Origin: an uncultured delta proteobacterium
GTDB lineage: Bacteria > Desulfobacterota > Desulfuromonadia > Geobacterales > DSM-12255
Direction: 5' to 3'
DNA: 64,000 bases
NCBI GenBank assembly: GCA_963787125.1
Contig: CAWBBV010000016.1
Span: 32,001-96,000 of the forward strand
The notes under the pieces were generated by a model. The model made no database searches. It was not told the origin of the DNA and worked only from the letters and a program-made list of their open reading frames with translations. A program made the translations under genes and the position numbers. Shown in pieces: positions 27,519 through 37,583 of this stretch; positions within the stretch are counted from its first letter, which is position 1, and every line of letters starts with the position of its first letter.

Positions 27519-29407
27519 AAATGCCCGTCACCAAAACGCTCAGGATAACTCTTGTCTCAATCCATCCGCTAAAATCTCCCCAATCCGTCCCACTTGCGGG
27601 CGCTTTTCTTGCAGCAGCCCTAAAAGCCGCACCCGACCTTGCCGGGCAGGTGGCTGTAACCGTCATAAACCTGTATGCAGAGCAGACAGCTGCAGAGTGT
27701 GCGGCCGCTGTCAGAGCTACAATGCCGGATATGGCCGGTTTTTCAATCTACGCCTGGAACCGGGCGCTAAGCGTAGCGACCGCGAAACTCCTCAAAACAA
27801 CTAATCCGGAAGTGACCTTATTTTGCGGCGGCGCAGAAGCAACTGCGGATCAGTTCCGACTCCTTTGTGAAGCGCCCTTTAGCTTTCTGATTCATGGCGA
27901 GGGCGAAGCGACCTTGACCAGAGTGGTAAAGCTTCTTTGCCAGGGGGGCAAGATCAGCGGGACTCCAGGCACGGCAGTCCTTGAAAACGGTAGCTTGAAA
28001 TCATCTCCGGCACCGGCAGTGCTTGACCTTGAAACCCTCCCCTCGCCACTTCTCAGTAGAGAGATCGACCCTGCAGATTACTCCGGGATGCTCTGGCAGA
28101 TTGCCCGCGGCTGCAGCTTTGCCTGCGATTTCTGTTTTGACGGCGGCGGCAGCCGCAAAGTCAGGCGTTTTCCTCTGGAACGGATTGCAGCAGAACTACG
28201 CTGGTTTGCCACTAACAGGGTCGCCCAGGTCTTTGTGCTCGACTCCACTTTCAATAGCGACCGGGAGCGGGCAGTCAAAATCCTCAAACTGATCAAAAAA
28301 ATCGCCCCACAGATTCATTTCCATTTCGAGGTCAGAAGCGAATTCATTGACAGGCAGCAGGCAGAGCTGTTTGCAGCAATTACCTGTTCGCTGCAGATAG
28401 GGCTGCAGAGTGCCGATGCAGCAGTGCTGAAGCAGTCGGGCAGAAACTTCAGCAAAGCTGATTTTGCTGCCAAAATAGCCCTGCTCAATGAGACCGGGGC
28501 GGTATTCGGCTTCGATCTTATCTACGGACTCCCCGGTGATACTCTTGACGGTTTCAGAAACAGTGTGGATTTTGCCCTTGGACTCTACCCTAACCATCTC
28601 GACATCTTTCCACTGGCACTGCTCCCCGGCACCGTACTTGCGGCACGCAGCGCTGAGCTGCAACTGGCGCACCAGCCCGCCCCCCCCTACACCCTGACAG
28701 CGTCGCCTGCTTTTCCGGAAAAAGATCTGGCCATAGCCGCCAAACTCGCTACTGGCTGCGACACCTTTTACAGCCGCGGGAAAGCCGTCCCCTGGTTCTT
28801 GAGCGCACTTCATCCTCTCACGCTTAGGCCGAGCCGGTTTCTGGAAGATTTTTGCGAATACGTCGAAAAGAGGGGGATAAAGCCAAAAGATATCGAAGGA
28901 TTGAGCGAGGAGAGTATTTTTGACCTTCAGTGCAGCTTCATCTCGGCACTCTTCAGGGCGAAGCGGCTGATAAAGCTACTGCCGGCAGCTCTGGACATGA
29001 TTACCTATAACTATCACTATGCTGCCGCACTGATGGCAACGCCACCGGCGTTGCCTCATCAAGCGCAACTTGAAAAGATTGATCCGGCCAAACTACCGCT
29101 CAAACTCGCCGGGTCAGCCCGCCTGGCCACTTTCAACTACGAGGTATTGGAAATCCTGGAGTCGGGGATCGCTGATCTGCGGGAACTGACGGCAACCCTT
29201 TCACCGACAGGGTCAACGGCTGTCATCTACCCGAAAGCCGGCGAAGTCCTGACGGAATCACTTTTCGCGGTTTACGCCAAGCTTCTTGAGCAGCTCGATG
29301 GAAGGGAGCAAGCCGGTGTGCATGCAGCAAAACTCGGCATCCCGCCCGAAGATACGGCGGCGTTTCTGGAGTTTGCCATGTTAGAGGGGATAGTGACTCA
29401 AGAGTAA
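27515..29407 (+). CDS. B12-binding domain radical SAM protein
   Basis: GFSIYAWN...GGAEA B12 domain; RGCSFACDFC (CxxxCxxC); DLIYGLPGD. Confidence 0.9.
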   Translation: MKMPVTKTLRITLVSIHPLKSPQSVPLAGAFLAAALKAAPDLAGQVAVTVINLYAEQTAAECAAAVRATMPDMAGFSIYAWNRALSVATAKLLKTTNPEVTLFCGGAEATADQFRLLCEAPFSFLIHGEGEATLTRVVKLLCQGGKISGTPGTAVLENGSLKSSPAPAVLDLETLPSPLLSREIDPADYSGMLWQIARGCSFACDFCFDGGGSRKVRRFPLERIAAELRWFATNRVAQVFVLDSTFNSDRERAVKILKLIKKIAPQIHFHFEVRSEFIDRQQAELFAAITCSLQIGLQSADAAVLKQSGRNFSKADFAAKIALLNETGAVFGFDLIYGLPGDTLDGFRNSVDFALGLYPNHLDIFPLALLPGTVLAARSAELQLAHQPAPPYTLTASPAFPEKDLAIAAKLATGCDTFYSRGKAVPWFLSALHPLTLRPSRFLEDFCEYVEKRGIKPKDIEGLSEESIFDLQCSFISALFRAKRLIKLLPAALDMITYNYHYAAALMATPPALPHQAQLEKIDPAKLPLKLAGSARLATFNYEVLEILESGIADLRELTATLSPTGSTAVIYPKAGEVLTESLFAVYAKLLEQLDGREQAGVHAAKLGIPPEDTAAFLEFAMLEGIVTQE

Positions 29408-29431
29408 CAAAAGAACTATTCAATAAACAGT

Positions 29432-30958
29432 TCAAAGCGGCAGTGTAAAAGTAACCCTGGTGCCTTCCTGCTGACGGCTTTTCAAATTTATTTCTCCGCC
29501 ATGACCTTCGACAATGTCCCGTACAATACAGAGACCGATCCCCAGTCCACCTGGGGCAGTATTTGATGAATCGGCACGGAAGAACTTGTCAAAGACGCGA
29601 CGCACTTCAGTCTCACTCATGCCTATCCCCTGATCACTGACGCAAAAACTCACCATCGCACCGGCCAGTCGAATCTCCAATGTTACTGTGCCACCTTGCG
29701 GTGAATACTTGATGGCATTACAGAGCAGATTCTCCAGCACCTGGATGATCCGCCCGCCGTCACATGAAATTTTTTCAGGAAGATCCGGGCCGCAGGAGAG
29801 TTCCACTACATGCTGCGGCGCACTCCGGCTGAAATAACCAATAACGCGTTCCACCAGCGGCAATAGAGCAATCTTTTGCCGCACCATCTTCAGCCTGCGG
29901 CCAACCTGAATAAGGCTTAAATCGTGCAGATCGTCTATTAAACGCGACATGCTTTCACCATGGGCAGAGATCTCCCGGGCGAACATTTGCTGACTGTTCA
30001 AGTCCGTTCCTTCTTCGGCAAACAGCTCCGCATACCCCATAATGGCTGTCAGGGGGGTGCGGAGCTCATGGGCGGCAATAGAGATGAATTCGTCCTTGGC
30101 CCGGTCCAGGTCTTGCAGAAACTGCTGACTCCGTTTGTAGGTTATGGCAATGGCAGTCAGCGAAGCGGCTGAAGTGATCAGGTCAAGTTCGTCTGGTTGC
30201 GGTTCGCGCGGGGTATCGTAGTAGATGGCAAAACTGCCGAGCAGGCTGCCGTCTCCGGCAATAATCGGCTCGGACCAGCAGGCGCGCATAGGTGTACGGG
30301 AAACGAGCCGCCGTGCCCTTTCCCAGTAAGGATGATTCAGAATGTCGGCAACAACTACCCGCTCACGGCGGTATGCAGCTGTACCGCAGGAGCCGACACC
30401 ATCACCGATGCGCATCCCCTCAATAGCGTCGCTATAAAAATCAGGAAGACTTGGCGCCGCAGCCTTATGCAGTGTACCGCGCTCGGCATCCAGTGTCAGA
30501 ATTGAACAGCGCATCCCCTCGCCAAGTGTCTCAATATAGCGGACTATCGTTTCACAAATCTCGGGGAGACTGTTATCGTTATAGAGGAGTTCCAGAACCT
30601 TCGCGCGCCCTTTTTGGATCTGCTGCTCGAGGTGATCGCTGGTCTGGTCGCGAACCTGAAGAATAAAATTGTCAGCGGAGTTATCAGTGGATTCGAGTGA
30701 AAGAGTACAGGTGTCACCCCAACACAACTGACCGTCACTGGAGAGATAGCGGAGACGAGCCGAAGCATCTGCTTTCGGGAGTGAATCGTCGGGATGAAGC
30801 AGTGTGGAAAGAGGAAGCCCTTCAAGCTGTTGCTCCGAATACCGGGTAAACCGCGTAAAAGCTTGATTAACTCTGGTGATACAACCGTTAACATTGACCA
30901 CTGCATGACCGACCAGAGGGGTGTGAAAGAGGCTGTTAGAGATGTTATTGACTGGCAT
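29432..30958 (-). CDS. Cytoplasmic PAS-GAF sensor histidine kinase
   Basis: PAS (VNQAF...LHPDD), GAF (GSCGTAAY...CWSEPI), HisKA AHELRTPL, HATPase NAIKY/DQGIG/GLGIGL. Confidence 0.93.
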   Translation of the reverse strand: MPVNNISNSLFHTPLVGHAVVNVNGCITRVNQAFTRFTRYSEQQLEGLPLSTLLHPDDSLPKADASARLRYLSSDGQLCWGDTCTLSLESTDNSADNFILQVRDQTSDHLEQQIQKGRAKVLELLYNDNSLPEICETIVRYIETLGEGMRCSILTLDAERGTLHKAAAPSLPDFYSDAIEGMRIGDGVGSCGTAAYRRERVVVADILNHPYWERARRLVSRTPMRACWSEPIIAGDGSLLGSFAIYYDTPREPQPDELDLITSAASLTAIAITYKRSQQFLQDLDRAKDEFISIAAHELRTPLTAIMGYAELFAEEGTDLNSQQMFAREISAHGESMSRLIDDLHDLSLIQVGRRLKMVRQKIALLPLVERVIGYFSRSAPQHVVELSCGPDLPEKISCDGGRIIQVLENLLCNAIKYSPQGGTVTLEIRLAGAMVSFCVSDQGIGMSETEVRRVFDKFFRADSSNTAPGGLGIGLCIVRDIVEGHGGEINLKSRQQEGTRVTFTLPL

Positions 30959-31026
30959 CAGAGCAATTTCCTTGTAAATGACAGCGGCCTGAATAACATC
31001 AAAACATTGTTATTGCTCTAATTAAA

Positions 31027-31042
31027 AGCAAATTGTGTGCCG
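31027..31042 (-). promoter_or_regulatory. Putative sigma54 (-24/-12) promoter of the kinase gene
   Basis: Minus strand CGGCACACAATTTGCT fits GG-N10-GC, ~70 nt upstream of the ATG at 30958. Confidence 0.55.
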
Positions 31043-31241
31043 ACCTCACTGCAGATTTCCAGTCCTGCCACAGACGTATCATCAATGAATTTATTCCAGA
31101 ACCAATAAAGTAGTCGCGTCTCCTTAACCTCTCCAACGAATTACCCTAACTCATCCAGCGGCTTAAGCGCGCTGAAATTTGAGACCCGATTTCCAACAGC
31201 TGATTGTCCGCACAAGCTATGCTGAAGCTCCTGGATAAGCG

Positions 31242-32321
31242 TCACTGATACTGGATATAAACCGGCTTCGGATTAAGTTTGAGCAGATCCTGCGGTGTCA
31301 TGAGCGGATCACCTTTTTTCGTATCGTTATGATAGAAGAGCTTGAAGCCGGTGTACTGCACCGGTTCGGCGACAACATACGCCTTGTAAGAGTCCCGCTT
31401 GAGCCAGGGGGCGCCCCAACCGTCCATATGCATGACAATCTGCACTTCCGGCCGCAGGGCAATGTTTTTGGAGTTGGTTACGCCGTTTTTGGTAAAGCGG
31501 TGCACCGTAAAGACCTTTGGCGGCAGGTTGTACTTTTTAACCAGCCCCTGCAGATAACCCGCTGCAAAATTTATATCCGCGGCATCATAGGTGCCGATCT
31601 TGGTTCCCGGTTTCTTGCCGCTGGCAATAAGGTTGAATTCCGGATCCATGCCGAGATGCACGTCAGGATTTTTCAGGATCCATTCAAAGCGGGGAAGGAG
31701 CGTACGGATATCTTCGTGACCGGTCTGAATGTCGATAAAAAGCAGCGCATTAGCCTCTTTCGCCCAGCCATAAATCTGATTAATAGTCGCGTCAGGCATG
31801 ATCATCCGGTACTTACCGGCTTTGCCGGGCGCCCCTTGGGCGACAACCGCGATCAGATGGAGTGCCGGCTGCACCGGCAGTGCCGGATCAGCGGCCTGCC
31901 AGCGCGCCACCTCGACCTTGAGACGGCTCAGCATCTCATCCTTTGGGTATTCACCTAAAGCACCCATCTTTTTGGAAAGAGGATTGCCATAATAGGCAAC
32001 AATCCTTTTTGCCGGCAGGATGGAGCCGGGGAGCAGTGCCGGACTCTTTGGCGGCCAGCCGCTCTGGGTGGCAAATTCAGGGTCTTCGCCGGCATTGTAC
32101 CTGATTTTCGGGGCTGCAGCCTTTTTCGTGCCGGCAGAGCTGTGAACATTCAGAACCGCGCTGCTCGCCAGCTTAAAGGCGGCCGGAGCTTTATTTACCG
32201 GAGCTGCCGCTTGCGAGCCGGTTCCGGTCGATTGCTGACAACCGGACGCAAGAATTAAAAAAAGCCCCGATAGGGCCAGTGTTTGCATTTTTCGACTTTC
32301 AAACAGATCTCTTTTCTTCAA
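31242..32321 (-). CDS. Putative lipoprotein of unknown function
   Basis: Lipobox-like LILASGC, Ala/Pro/Lys linker, globular domain (VAYYGNP...MGALGE...HMDGWG...GFKLFY). Confidence 0.65.
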   Translation of the reverse strand: MKKRDLFESRKMQTLALSGLFLILASGCQQSTGTGSQAAAPVNKAPAAFKLASSAVLNVHSSAGTKKAAAPKIRYNAGEDPEFATQSGWPPKSPALLPGSILPAKRIVAYYGNPLSKKMGALGEYPKDEMLSRLKVEVARWQAADPALPVQPALHLIAVVAQGAPGKAGKYRMIMPDATINQIYGWAKEANALLFIDIQTGHEDIRTLLPRFEWILKNPDVHLGMDPEFNLIASGKKPGTKIGTYDAADINFAAGYLQGLVKKYNLPPKVFTVHRFTKNGVTNSKNIALRPEVQIVMHMDGWGAPWLKRDSYKAYVVAEPVQYTGFKLFYHNDTKKGDPLMTPQDLLKLNPKPVYIQYQ

Positions 32322-32354
32322 AATTTCCCCTTCATTATTTTCTGTTTTCTGCAG

Positions 32355-32939
32355 TTAAGCCTTGAATTTACTTTCCGTCCCCTCTTTTAGTCTGTTGATA
32401 TTCTCGCGATGTTTCCAGACAACCAGCAGCGCCACAATAGCCGTCATTACCACAATCGCCGGCCTTGAATCAAAAACCGCCACCATCCCCGGCATCGCCA
32501 CAGCCGCTGAAATCGAACCGAGGGAGATATAGCGCCACTTCCAGACAACCGCGATAAAAATCAGCACTGCAGCGCCAACAGCGATCGGAGAGACCGCCAG
32601 AAAGACGCCGAGAGCGGTTGCAACCCCTTTGCCCCCTTTGAAACCAAGGAAGATCGTGTAAACATGCCCCAAAAACGCGGCAAGACCGACTGCCGCAATC
32701 CAGGCAGCGCTCATTCCCAGATAGCCGGCGGCAACGACGGGGAGCGCCCCTTTGAGGCAGTCGCCAACAAGGGTCAGGATGCCGACCGTTCTGCCGAGAG
32801 TCCGGTAAACGTTTGTCGCACCGATGTTGCCGCTGCCGCTGCTCCTTATGTCAACCCCGGCAGCCTTTGCCAGCAAAAGACCGGTCGGTATCGAGCCGAG
32901 CAGGTATGCCGTGATTAGCAGCACTATTTCTCTGGTCAT
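32355..32939 (-). CDS. plsY: Glycerol-3-phosphate acyltransferase
   Basis: YLLGSIP, GSGNIGATN, FKGGKGVAT, KHRENINRL. Confidence 0.97.
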   Translation of the reverse strand: MTREIVLLITAYLLGSIPTGLLLAKAAGVDIRSSGSGNIGATNVYRTLGRTVGILTLVGDCLKGALPVVAAGYLGMSAAWIAAVGLAAFLGHVYTIFLGFKGGKGVATALGVFLAVSPIAVGAAVLIFIAVVWKWRYISLGSISAAVAMPGMVAVFDSRPAIVVMTAIVALLVVWKHRENINRLKEGTESKFKA

Positions 32940-33051
32940 TGATTTGTTCCTGAATTTAATCCCGCTGAGGTCAGCATATTATGCCGATTATTACACTCCG
33001 ATGCAAGCGTGCAATCAGTTCCAGCAAACAGTGCCAGGAATTAACCACGAA

Positions 33052-34257
33052 TTACAGATTACTCTTCAGCCGGTCGTGCTGCAAAAGCTGCGGGAAAAAA
33101 CGCATCCAGAAAAGCACCACCAGCAGCGTACCCAGACCGCCGAGCAGCACCGCCGGGACAGCCCCGAACAAGGCGGCAGTCAAGCCGGACTCGAATTCGC
33201 CCAACTCGTTGGAGGTGCCGATGAAGATAGCGTTGATAGCACTCACCCTCCCCCGCATGGCATCCGGTGTTTCCAACTGCACCAGAGTGGAGCGGATGAC
33301 CACGCTTATCATGTCCGAGCCACCCAGGATGACCAGCAGCAAAAAGGAGAGCGGCAACCAGCTGGAGAGCGCAAAGCCGATCGTTGCCAGGCCAAAAACC
33401 GTGACAGCCAGATAGAGCGCTTTGCCGACACGCTGCCTGAGCGGATTACGCGCCATCCAGAGTGAAGCCAATAGCGCCCCGACAGCCGGGCCGGCCCTTA
33501 AGAGGCCAAGCCCCCAGGCGCCGGTCTGGAGAATATCCTTGGCATAAACCGGTAACAGAGCGGTGGCGCCACCGAGAAGAACGGCAAAAAGGTCAAGGGA
33601 GATGGCTCCGAAGATCACTGGCCGCTGCCTGATAAAGCTGATTCCAGCAAAAAATGTTGCCAAAGCAAACGGCTCCGGGGTGCGTGAACGGTGCTGAATC
33701 TTCAGCAGAAAGATCATCCCGGCGGAGAAGAGAAAGAGCACGGCACTTGTCAGGTAGACAGTCGCTGCGCCGGCAAGGTAGAGAAATCCGCCTAGTAGCG
33801 GTCCGGAGATGACCGCTGCCTGGCGGACTGAGCCGGCAAGGGCAAGCGCCCGGGGAAGGCTTTCGTTGTCTACCAGAGATGGGAGCAGCGTCTGCAGGGT
33901 TGTAAATTCAAAAGAGCGGGCTATGCCGACAAAAAACAGCAGAATGAGGATAATGTCCCGGTTCAACCAGCCGCCGCTGCTCCCCAGGGCTAAGAGGCCC
34001 AGAATCAGCGCCATAGCTGTCTGGGCGAAACTGACGATTATCCTGCGGTTGTAGCGGTCAGCGGCATGGCCGACATAGAGGGCAAGAAAGAGGGCGGGGA
34101 GGAACTGCACCAGACCAACCAGGCCGAGATCAAGCACCCGGCCGGTAAGGGCGTAGATATGCCAGCCTACAGCCACTCCTGTCATCTGGAAAGCGACGGT
34201 ACCGGCTGCACGGGCAATGATAAATCTGAAAAAAGAGCCCGGCAGAGGCATGTTCAT
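33052..34257 (-). CDS. MFS transporter (EntS/MFS_3-like)
   Basis: About 12 TMs; GHAADRYNRR motif A; LDLFAVLLGGATALLP; MRGRVS. Confidence 0.9.
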   Translation of the reverse strand: MNMPLPGSFFRFIIARAAGTVAFQMTGVAVGWHIYALTGRVLDLGLVGLVQFLPALFLALYVGHAADRYNRRIIVSFAQTAMALILGLLALGSSGGWLNRDIILILLFFVGIARSFEFTTLQTLLPSLVDNESLPRALALAGSVRQAAVISGPLLGGFLYLAGAATVYLTSAVLFLFSAGMIFLLKIQHRSRTPEPFALATFFAGISFIRQRPVIFGAISLDLFAVLLGGATALLPVYAKDILQTGAWGLGLLRAGPAVGALLASLWMARNPLRQRVGKALYLAVTVFGLATIGFALSSWLPLSFLLLVILGGSDMISVVIRSTLVQLETPDAMRGRVSAINAIFIGTSNELGEFESGLTAALFGAVPAVLLGGLGTLLVVLFWMRFFPQLLQHDRLKSNL

Positions 34258-35309
34258 GCTTTTGGTTCATGCAGCTGCAGCAGTTCCCTCATTTCGGCAG
34301 TACAGACCTTCATAACCGCAGCAGTCGGAATCGCCAGAATTATCCCCCAGAAACCCATAAGTTCACCCATTGCCATAACTGCAAAGATGACGGCCAGCGG
34401 ATTGAGCTGTAACGTGTGCCTCATGACCAGCGGCTTTATCAGGTTCCCTTCTATAATGACATTGATAGTGAAGTAGGCGGCGCAGACCTTGGGAATAATC
34501 CAGATATCGCCGCTATTGGCATAGCCGATGAGCGCAGGGGGGATCACCGCTACAACCGCCCCGAGAAACGGTACAATCGAAGCAAACCCGGCAAAAAAGC
34601 CGTTGAGAATCGGGAATTCTATACCAAGCATTGCCAAAGCTATGGAGGTAAGAATGGCAACAATCAGGCAGTCGAAGAACATGCCGACAAGGAAACGCTC
34701 AAGACTTCTGTTAAGCTCCCGGCCAAGCTCGACAAGATGTTGCCGTTCGTTGTGATGGAACATCCTTCGGACAAAATCTTTGGCGTGCTGCTTGTAAAGG
34801 AGCATGAAAAAAACCAGAATAGGCGCCAAAATAATATTGAATCCAGCATAGAATACTTTTTTAATCTGTCCGAAACTAAAGTTGGAGATGTAAATCGTCG
34901 CCTGTTCGATTGCGTCGGTCATCCGGGAGAGCACCCACGCCCCCTCTTCGCCGCCGTAATAACCGGACATCTGCGTCTGCCACTTTTCAATAACGGCCTG
35001 AAGGCTCCTTATATACACTGGGAGAGCCTTGACAAGGGCATCGATCTGATGGCCGAGATACGGTACGAGCACGAAGGAGGCCAGAAAAACAGCACATAAA
35101 GCCAGGCCGTAAACAAACAGCAGGGCTGTCAAGCGGTCAAAGCCTCTTTTTTCGATCAACTTGAGCGTTGGGTTAACGAGATAGGCAATAACGAGGGAGG
35201 TGAGGATTGCTGAAAAGGTGTGGGCCATAAAATAGCCTGCACCGATAAGAGCCGCAACGGTAAACAGTATGGCGAAAAATATCCTGTTTCGCTCTCTTTC
35301 GCCTGACAC
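34254..35309 (-). CDS. AI-2E family transporter
   Basis: IAYLVNP, IVPFLGA, IEGNLIKP, GFWGIILAIP. Confidence 0.9.
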   Translation of the reverse strand: MSGERERNRIFFAILFTVAALIGAGYFMAHTFSAILTSLVIAYLVNPTLKLIEKRGFDRLTALLFVYGLALCAVFLASFVLVPYLGHQIDALVKALPVYIRSLQAVIEKWQTQMSGYYGGEEGAWVLSRMTDAIEQATIYISNFSFGQIKKVFYAGFNIILAPILVFFMLLYKQHAKDFVRRMFHHNERQHLVELGRELNRSLERFLVGMFFDCLIVAILTSIALAMLGIEFPILNGFFAGFASIVPFLGAVVAVIPPALIGYANSGDIWIIPKVCAAYFTINVIIEGNLIKPLVMRHTLQLNPLAVIFAVMAMGELMGFWGIILAIPTAAVMKVCTAEMRELLQLHEPKA

Positions 35310-35311
35310 AA

Positions 35312-36361
35312 CTACTCCTTTACAGCAAAATCACCGCGCCGCCAGTGAATGGAGAGTATCTTCAAGGCCGCGGCGATGGGAATAGCCAGCAATATCCCCC
35401 AAAAGCCCATCATTTCACCAAAAGCCATGACGACAATGATGGTCATGAGCGGATTAAGGTTCATCGACTCTTTGAAGATCAGCGGTTTTACCAGATAGCC
35501 TTCAAGAAAATAGATGGCGGCAAATGCGCCGATAACTTTGAGAATGATTGCCCCGTTCTGGAACTTGATATAGGCAAAAAAGAGCGGCGGGAGCGTTGCC
35601 AGGAAAACCCCTATGAACGGGAGGATCGAGGCGGCTCCGGCAAAAATACCGTTTAGTAACGCATAATCAACATCGAGGATGAACAGGGCGATTGTTGAGA
35701 ATACCGCAACAATGGCTGAAACTATCAGCTGCCCACGGAGATAACCGCCAATGCTGTCGTTTATCTCAACTCCGATTTTGATGATATGCTCTTTGTGTCT
35801 TGGCGGTAGCCAGACTTTCACCCAGTCGATAATCTGCTGCTTGTAGTGAAGCATGAAAAAAACCAGGATCGGCGCCAAAACCAGGTTGAACAGGTTGAAG
35901 GCCAGACTGGAGGCGGCCAGGTAGACCCCTGAGCCAAGCTTGCCGGAAGCGCTGTCAAGCTTGCTGTAGGCAGAGTTAAGCAGCCAGTCCCACTCGGCAA
36001 ATGCCGGCGATGAAATAAGCTGACCATGCTGGGCGACAATCAGCTCTTTAGTTTTTTGCAGATAGACAGGGAGAGTCTGGAGGAGCGAGGTCCAGCGTTC
36101 AGCGATAAAGGGAACGATAAAGAAGACCGCAAAAAATGAGAGAACGCCTAGAACCGCATATAGGATTATGAGCGCGTAGTCCCTTTTGAGCTGGCGTTTC
36201 TCCATGATGACCAGAAGGGGATCGAGCAGATAGGCAATCACAAAGGACAACAAAAAACAGGATACCGTATGTTTTATTGCATAGCCGCCGGCGGCGATCG
36301 CAGCAATGACCAGCAAAACGGCGATTGTCCTGAAAAGCGTATGATTCTGATTATCTGCCAT
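35312..36361 (-). CDS. AI-2E family transporter (tandem paralog)
   Basis: IAYLLDP, GYLRGQ, LEGYLVKP, GFWGILLAIP. Probable start MADNQ at 36361. Confidence 0.9.
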   Translation of the reverse strand: MADNQNHTLFRTIAVLLVIAAIAAGGYAIKHTVSCFLLSFVIAYLLDPLLVIMEKRQLKRDYALIILYAVLGVLSFFAVFFIVPFIAERWTSLLQTLPVYLQKTKELIVAQHGQLISSPAFAEWDWLLNSAYSKLDSASGKLGSGVYLAASSLAFNLFNLVLAPILVFFMLHYKQQIIDWVKVWLPPRHKEHIIKIGVEINDSIGGYLRGQLIVSAIVAVFSTIALFILDVDYALLNGIFAGAASILPFIGVFLATLPPLFFAYIKFQNGAIILKVIGAFAAIYFLEGYLVKPLIFKESMNLNPLMTIIVVMAFGEMMGFWGILLAIPIAAALKILSIHWRRGDFAVKE

Positions 36362-36368
36362 GGAGTCC

Positions 36369-36806
36369 CTAAAGCAATGAACCTGGTGCGTAAATATCAT
36401 GCTCTTCAAGCCAGGACCTGATCCGGGTATTGAGCATCTCGTCCTTTAATGCGTAGTAGGTTTCCAGTTCATCCGGGTAAAAGGAGAGGATCTCTTCGGC
36501 TTTTCCGTAAGAGTTTTTTCCGGCAAAGGTCCGGTTCAGAACAGCTTTTAGTGTCGAATCAGGGAGACTTTTGATGAATTCATGCAGGAACAGTCGCTCC
36601 TGTTCATAATCAAAAGAGGGAATCTGCACAAACTGATCACCGCTTGAGTCTATCTGTTGCCAGAAAGCCTCGTCCTCATAATCTTCAGGCACAAAAAAGA
36701 TCTCACCGTTGGCTCTGTCGAGAAAGTAGACCAGTTCAGTTTCCTGATTAAGGAAAGCGTCAATCAACTCATCCCAGACAATCTCCATTTCTCGTGCTAC
36801 CGCCAT
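36369..36806 (-). CDS. UPF0158-family protein
   Basis: Acidic protein with WDELIDAF...YFLDRANGEI...IRSWLEE. Probable start at 36806. Confidence 0.75.
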   Translation of the reverse strand: MAVAREMEIVWDELIDAFLNQETELVYFLDRANGEIFFVPEDYEDEAFWQQIDSSGDQFVQIPSFDYEQERLFLHEFIKSLPDSTLKAVLNRTFAGKNSYGKAEEILSFYPDELETYYALKDEMLNTRIRSWLEEHDIYAPGSLL

Positions 36807-36860
36807 CCAAACCTCACAACCTGCTAGACCTTGGGACATTTTTGCACTATTATTCTGCTC

Positions 36861-37583
36861 ATGCATACAATATTCATTGCCGACGCCCACTTAAGAAGTC
36901 CGGATGACCGAAATTACCGGCTGATGCTCCGCTTTCTTGAGGAAATTCCAGGTAAAGCTGACATGCTGGTAATTGCCGGTGACTTCTTTGAATTCTGGCT
37001 TGGCGATTCACCCGGGGCGTTCCCCCATTACCAGCCGCTGCTGGATGCACTTGCACGAGTGACCTCGCAAGGGGTGAAACTTCTCTTTTTTGAAGGCAAC
37101 CACGACTTCCATCTGGGCAGCTATTTCCGCACCGCTTTCAATGCCGAGGTATACCCTGACTCCGCTGCAATTACCATCGATGGCAGGCGGCTGTTCATCT
37201 GCCATGGCGACCTGATAAACAGGTCTGATTCCGGCTATCTGGCGTTGCGCTTCATCTTCCGCAACCCGCTCACCCGTCTGCTGGCAAAGATACTCCCTGC
37301 TTCAGTGCCGGCCTTTATAGCTGCCAGACTTGGCAAACATTCCAAAGGCAAGCATTCAGCGACTTCTGCCAGGTGGGATGTTAGAACGCTGGTCAGAGAT
37401 TTTGCCGCAGAGCGTTTTGCCGCCGGTTTCGACACTGTCGTGACCGCCCACTACCACCGCCCCTTTCTGGAAAAGAGCGGCGCACAGACTCTCCTTGCTC
37501 TGGGAGACTGGATCACCCAGTTCTCTTACGCTGAATTGATCGATGGCGACCTGACGCTAAAAACATATGAAGAGCCTATCTGA
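36861..37583 (+). CDS. lpxH: UDP-2,3-diacylglucosamine diphosphatase (metallophosphoesterase)
   Basis: FIADAHL, GDFFEFW, GNHDF, HGD, AHYHRP, LGDW. Confidence 0.85.
   Translation: MHTIFIADAHLRSPDDRNYRLMLRFLEEIPGKADMLVIAGDFFEFWLGDSPGAFPHYQPLLDALARVTSQGVKLLFFEGNHDFHLGSYFRTAFNAEVYPDSAAITIDGRRLFICHGDLINRSDSGYLALRFIFRNPLTRLLAKILPASVPAFIAARLGKHSKGKHSATSARWDVRTLVRDFAAERFAAGFDTVVTAHYHRPFLEKSGAQTLLALGDWITQFSYAELIDGDLTLKTYEEPI

Noticed and set aside
34254..36361. Tandem AI-2E paralogs as a novel system
   Set aside because: Ordinary old duplication in a core-genome context.
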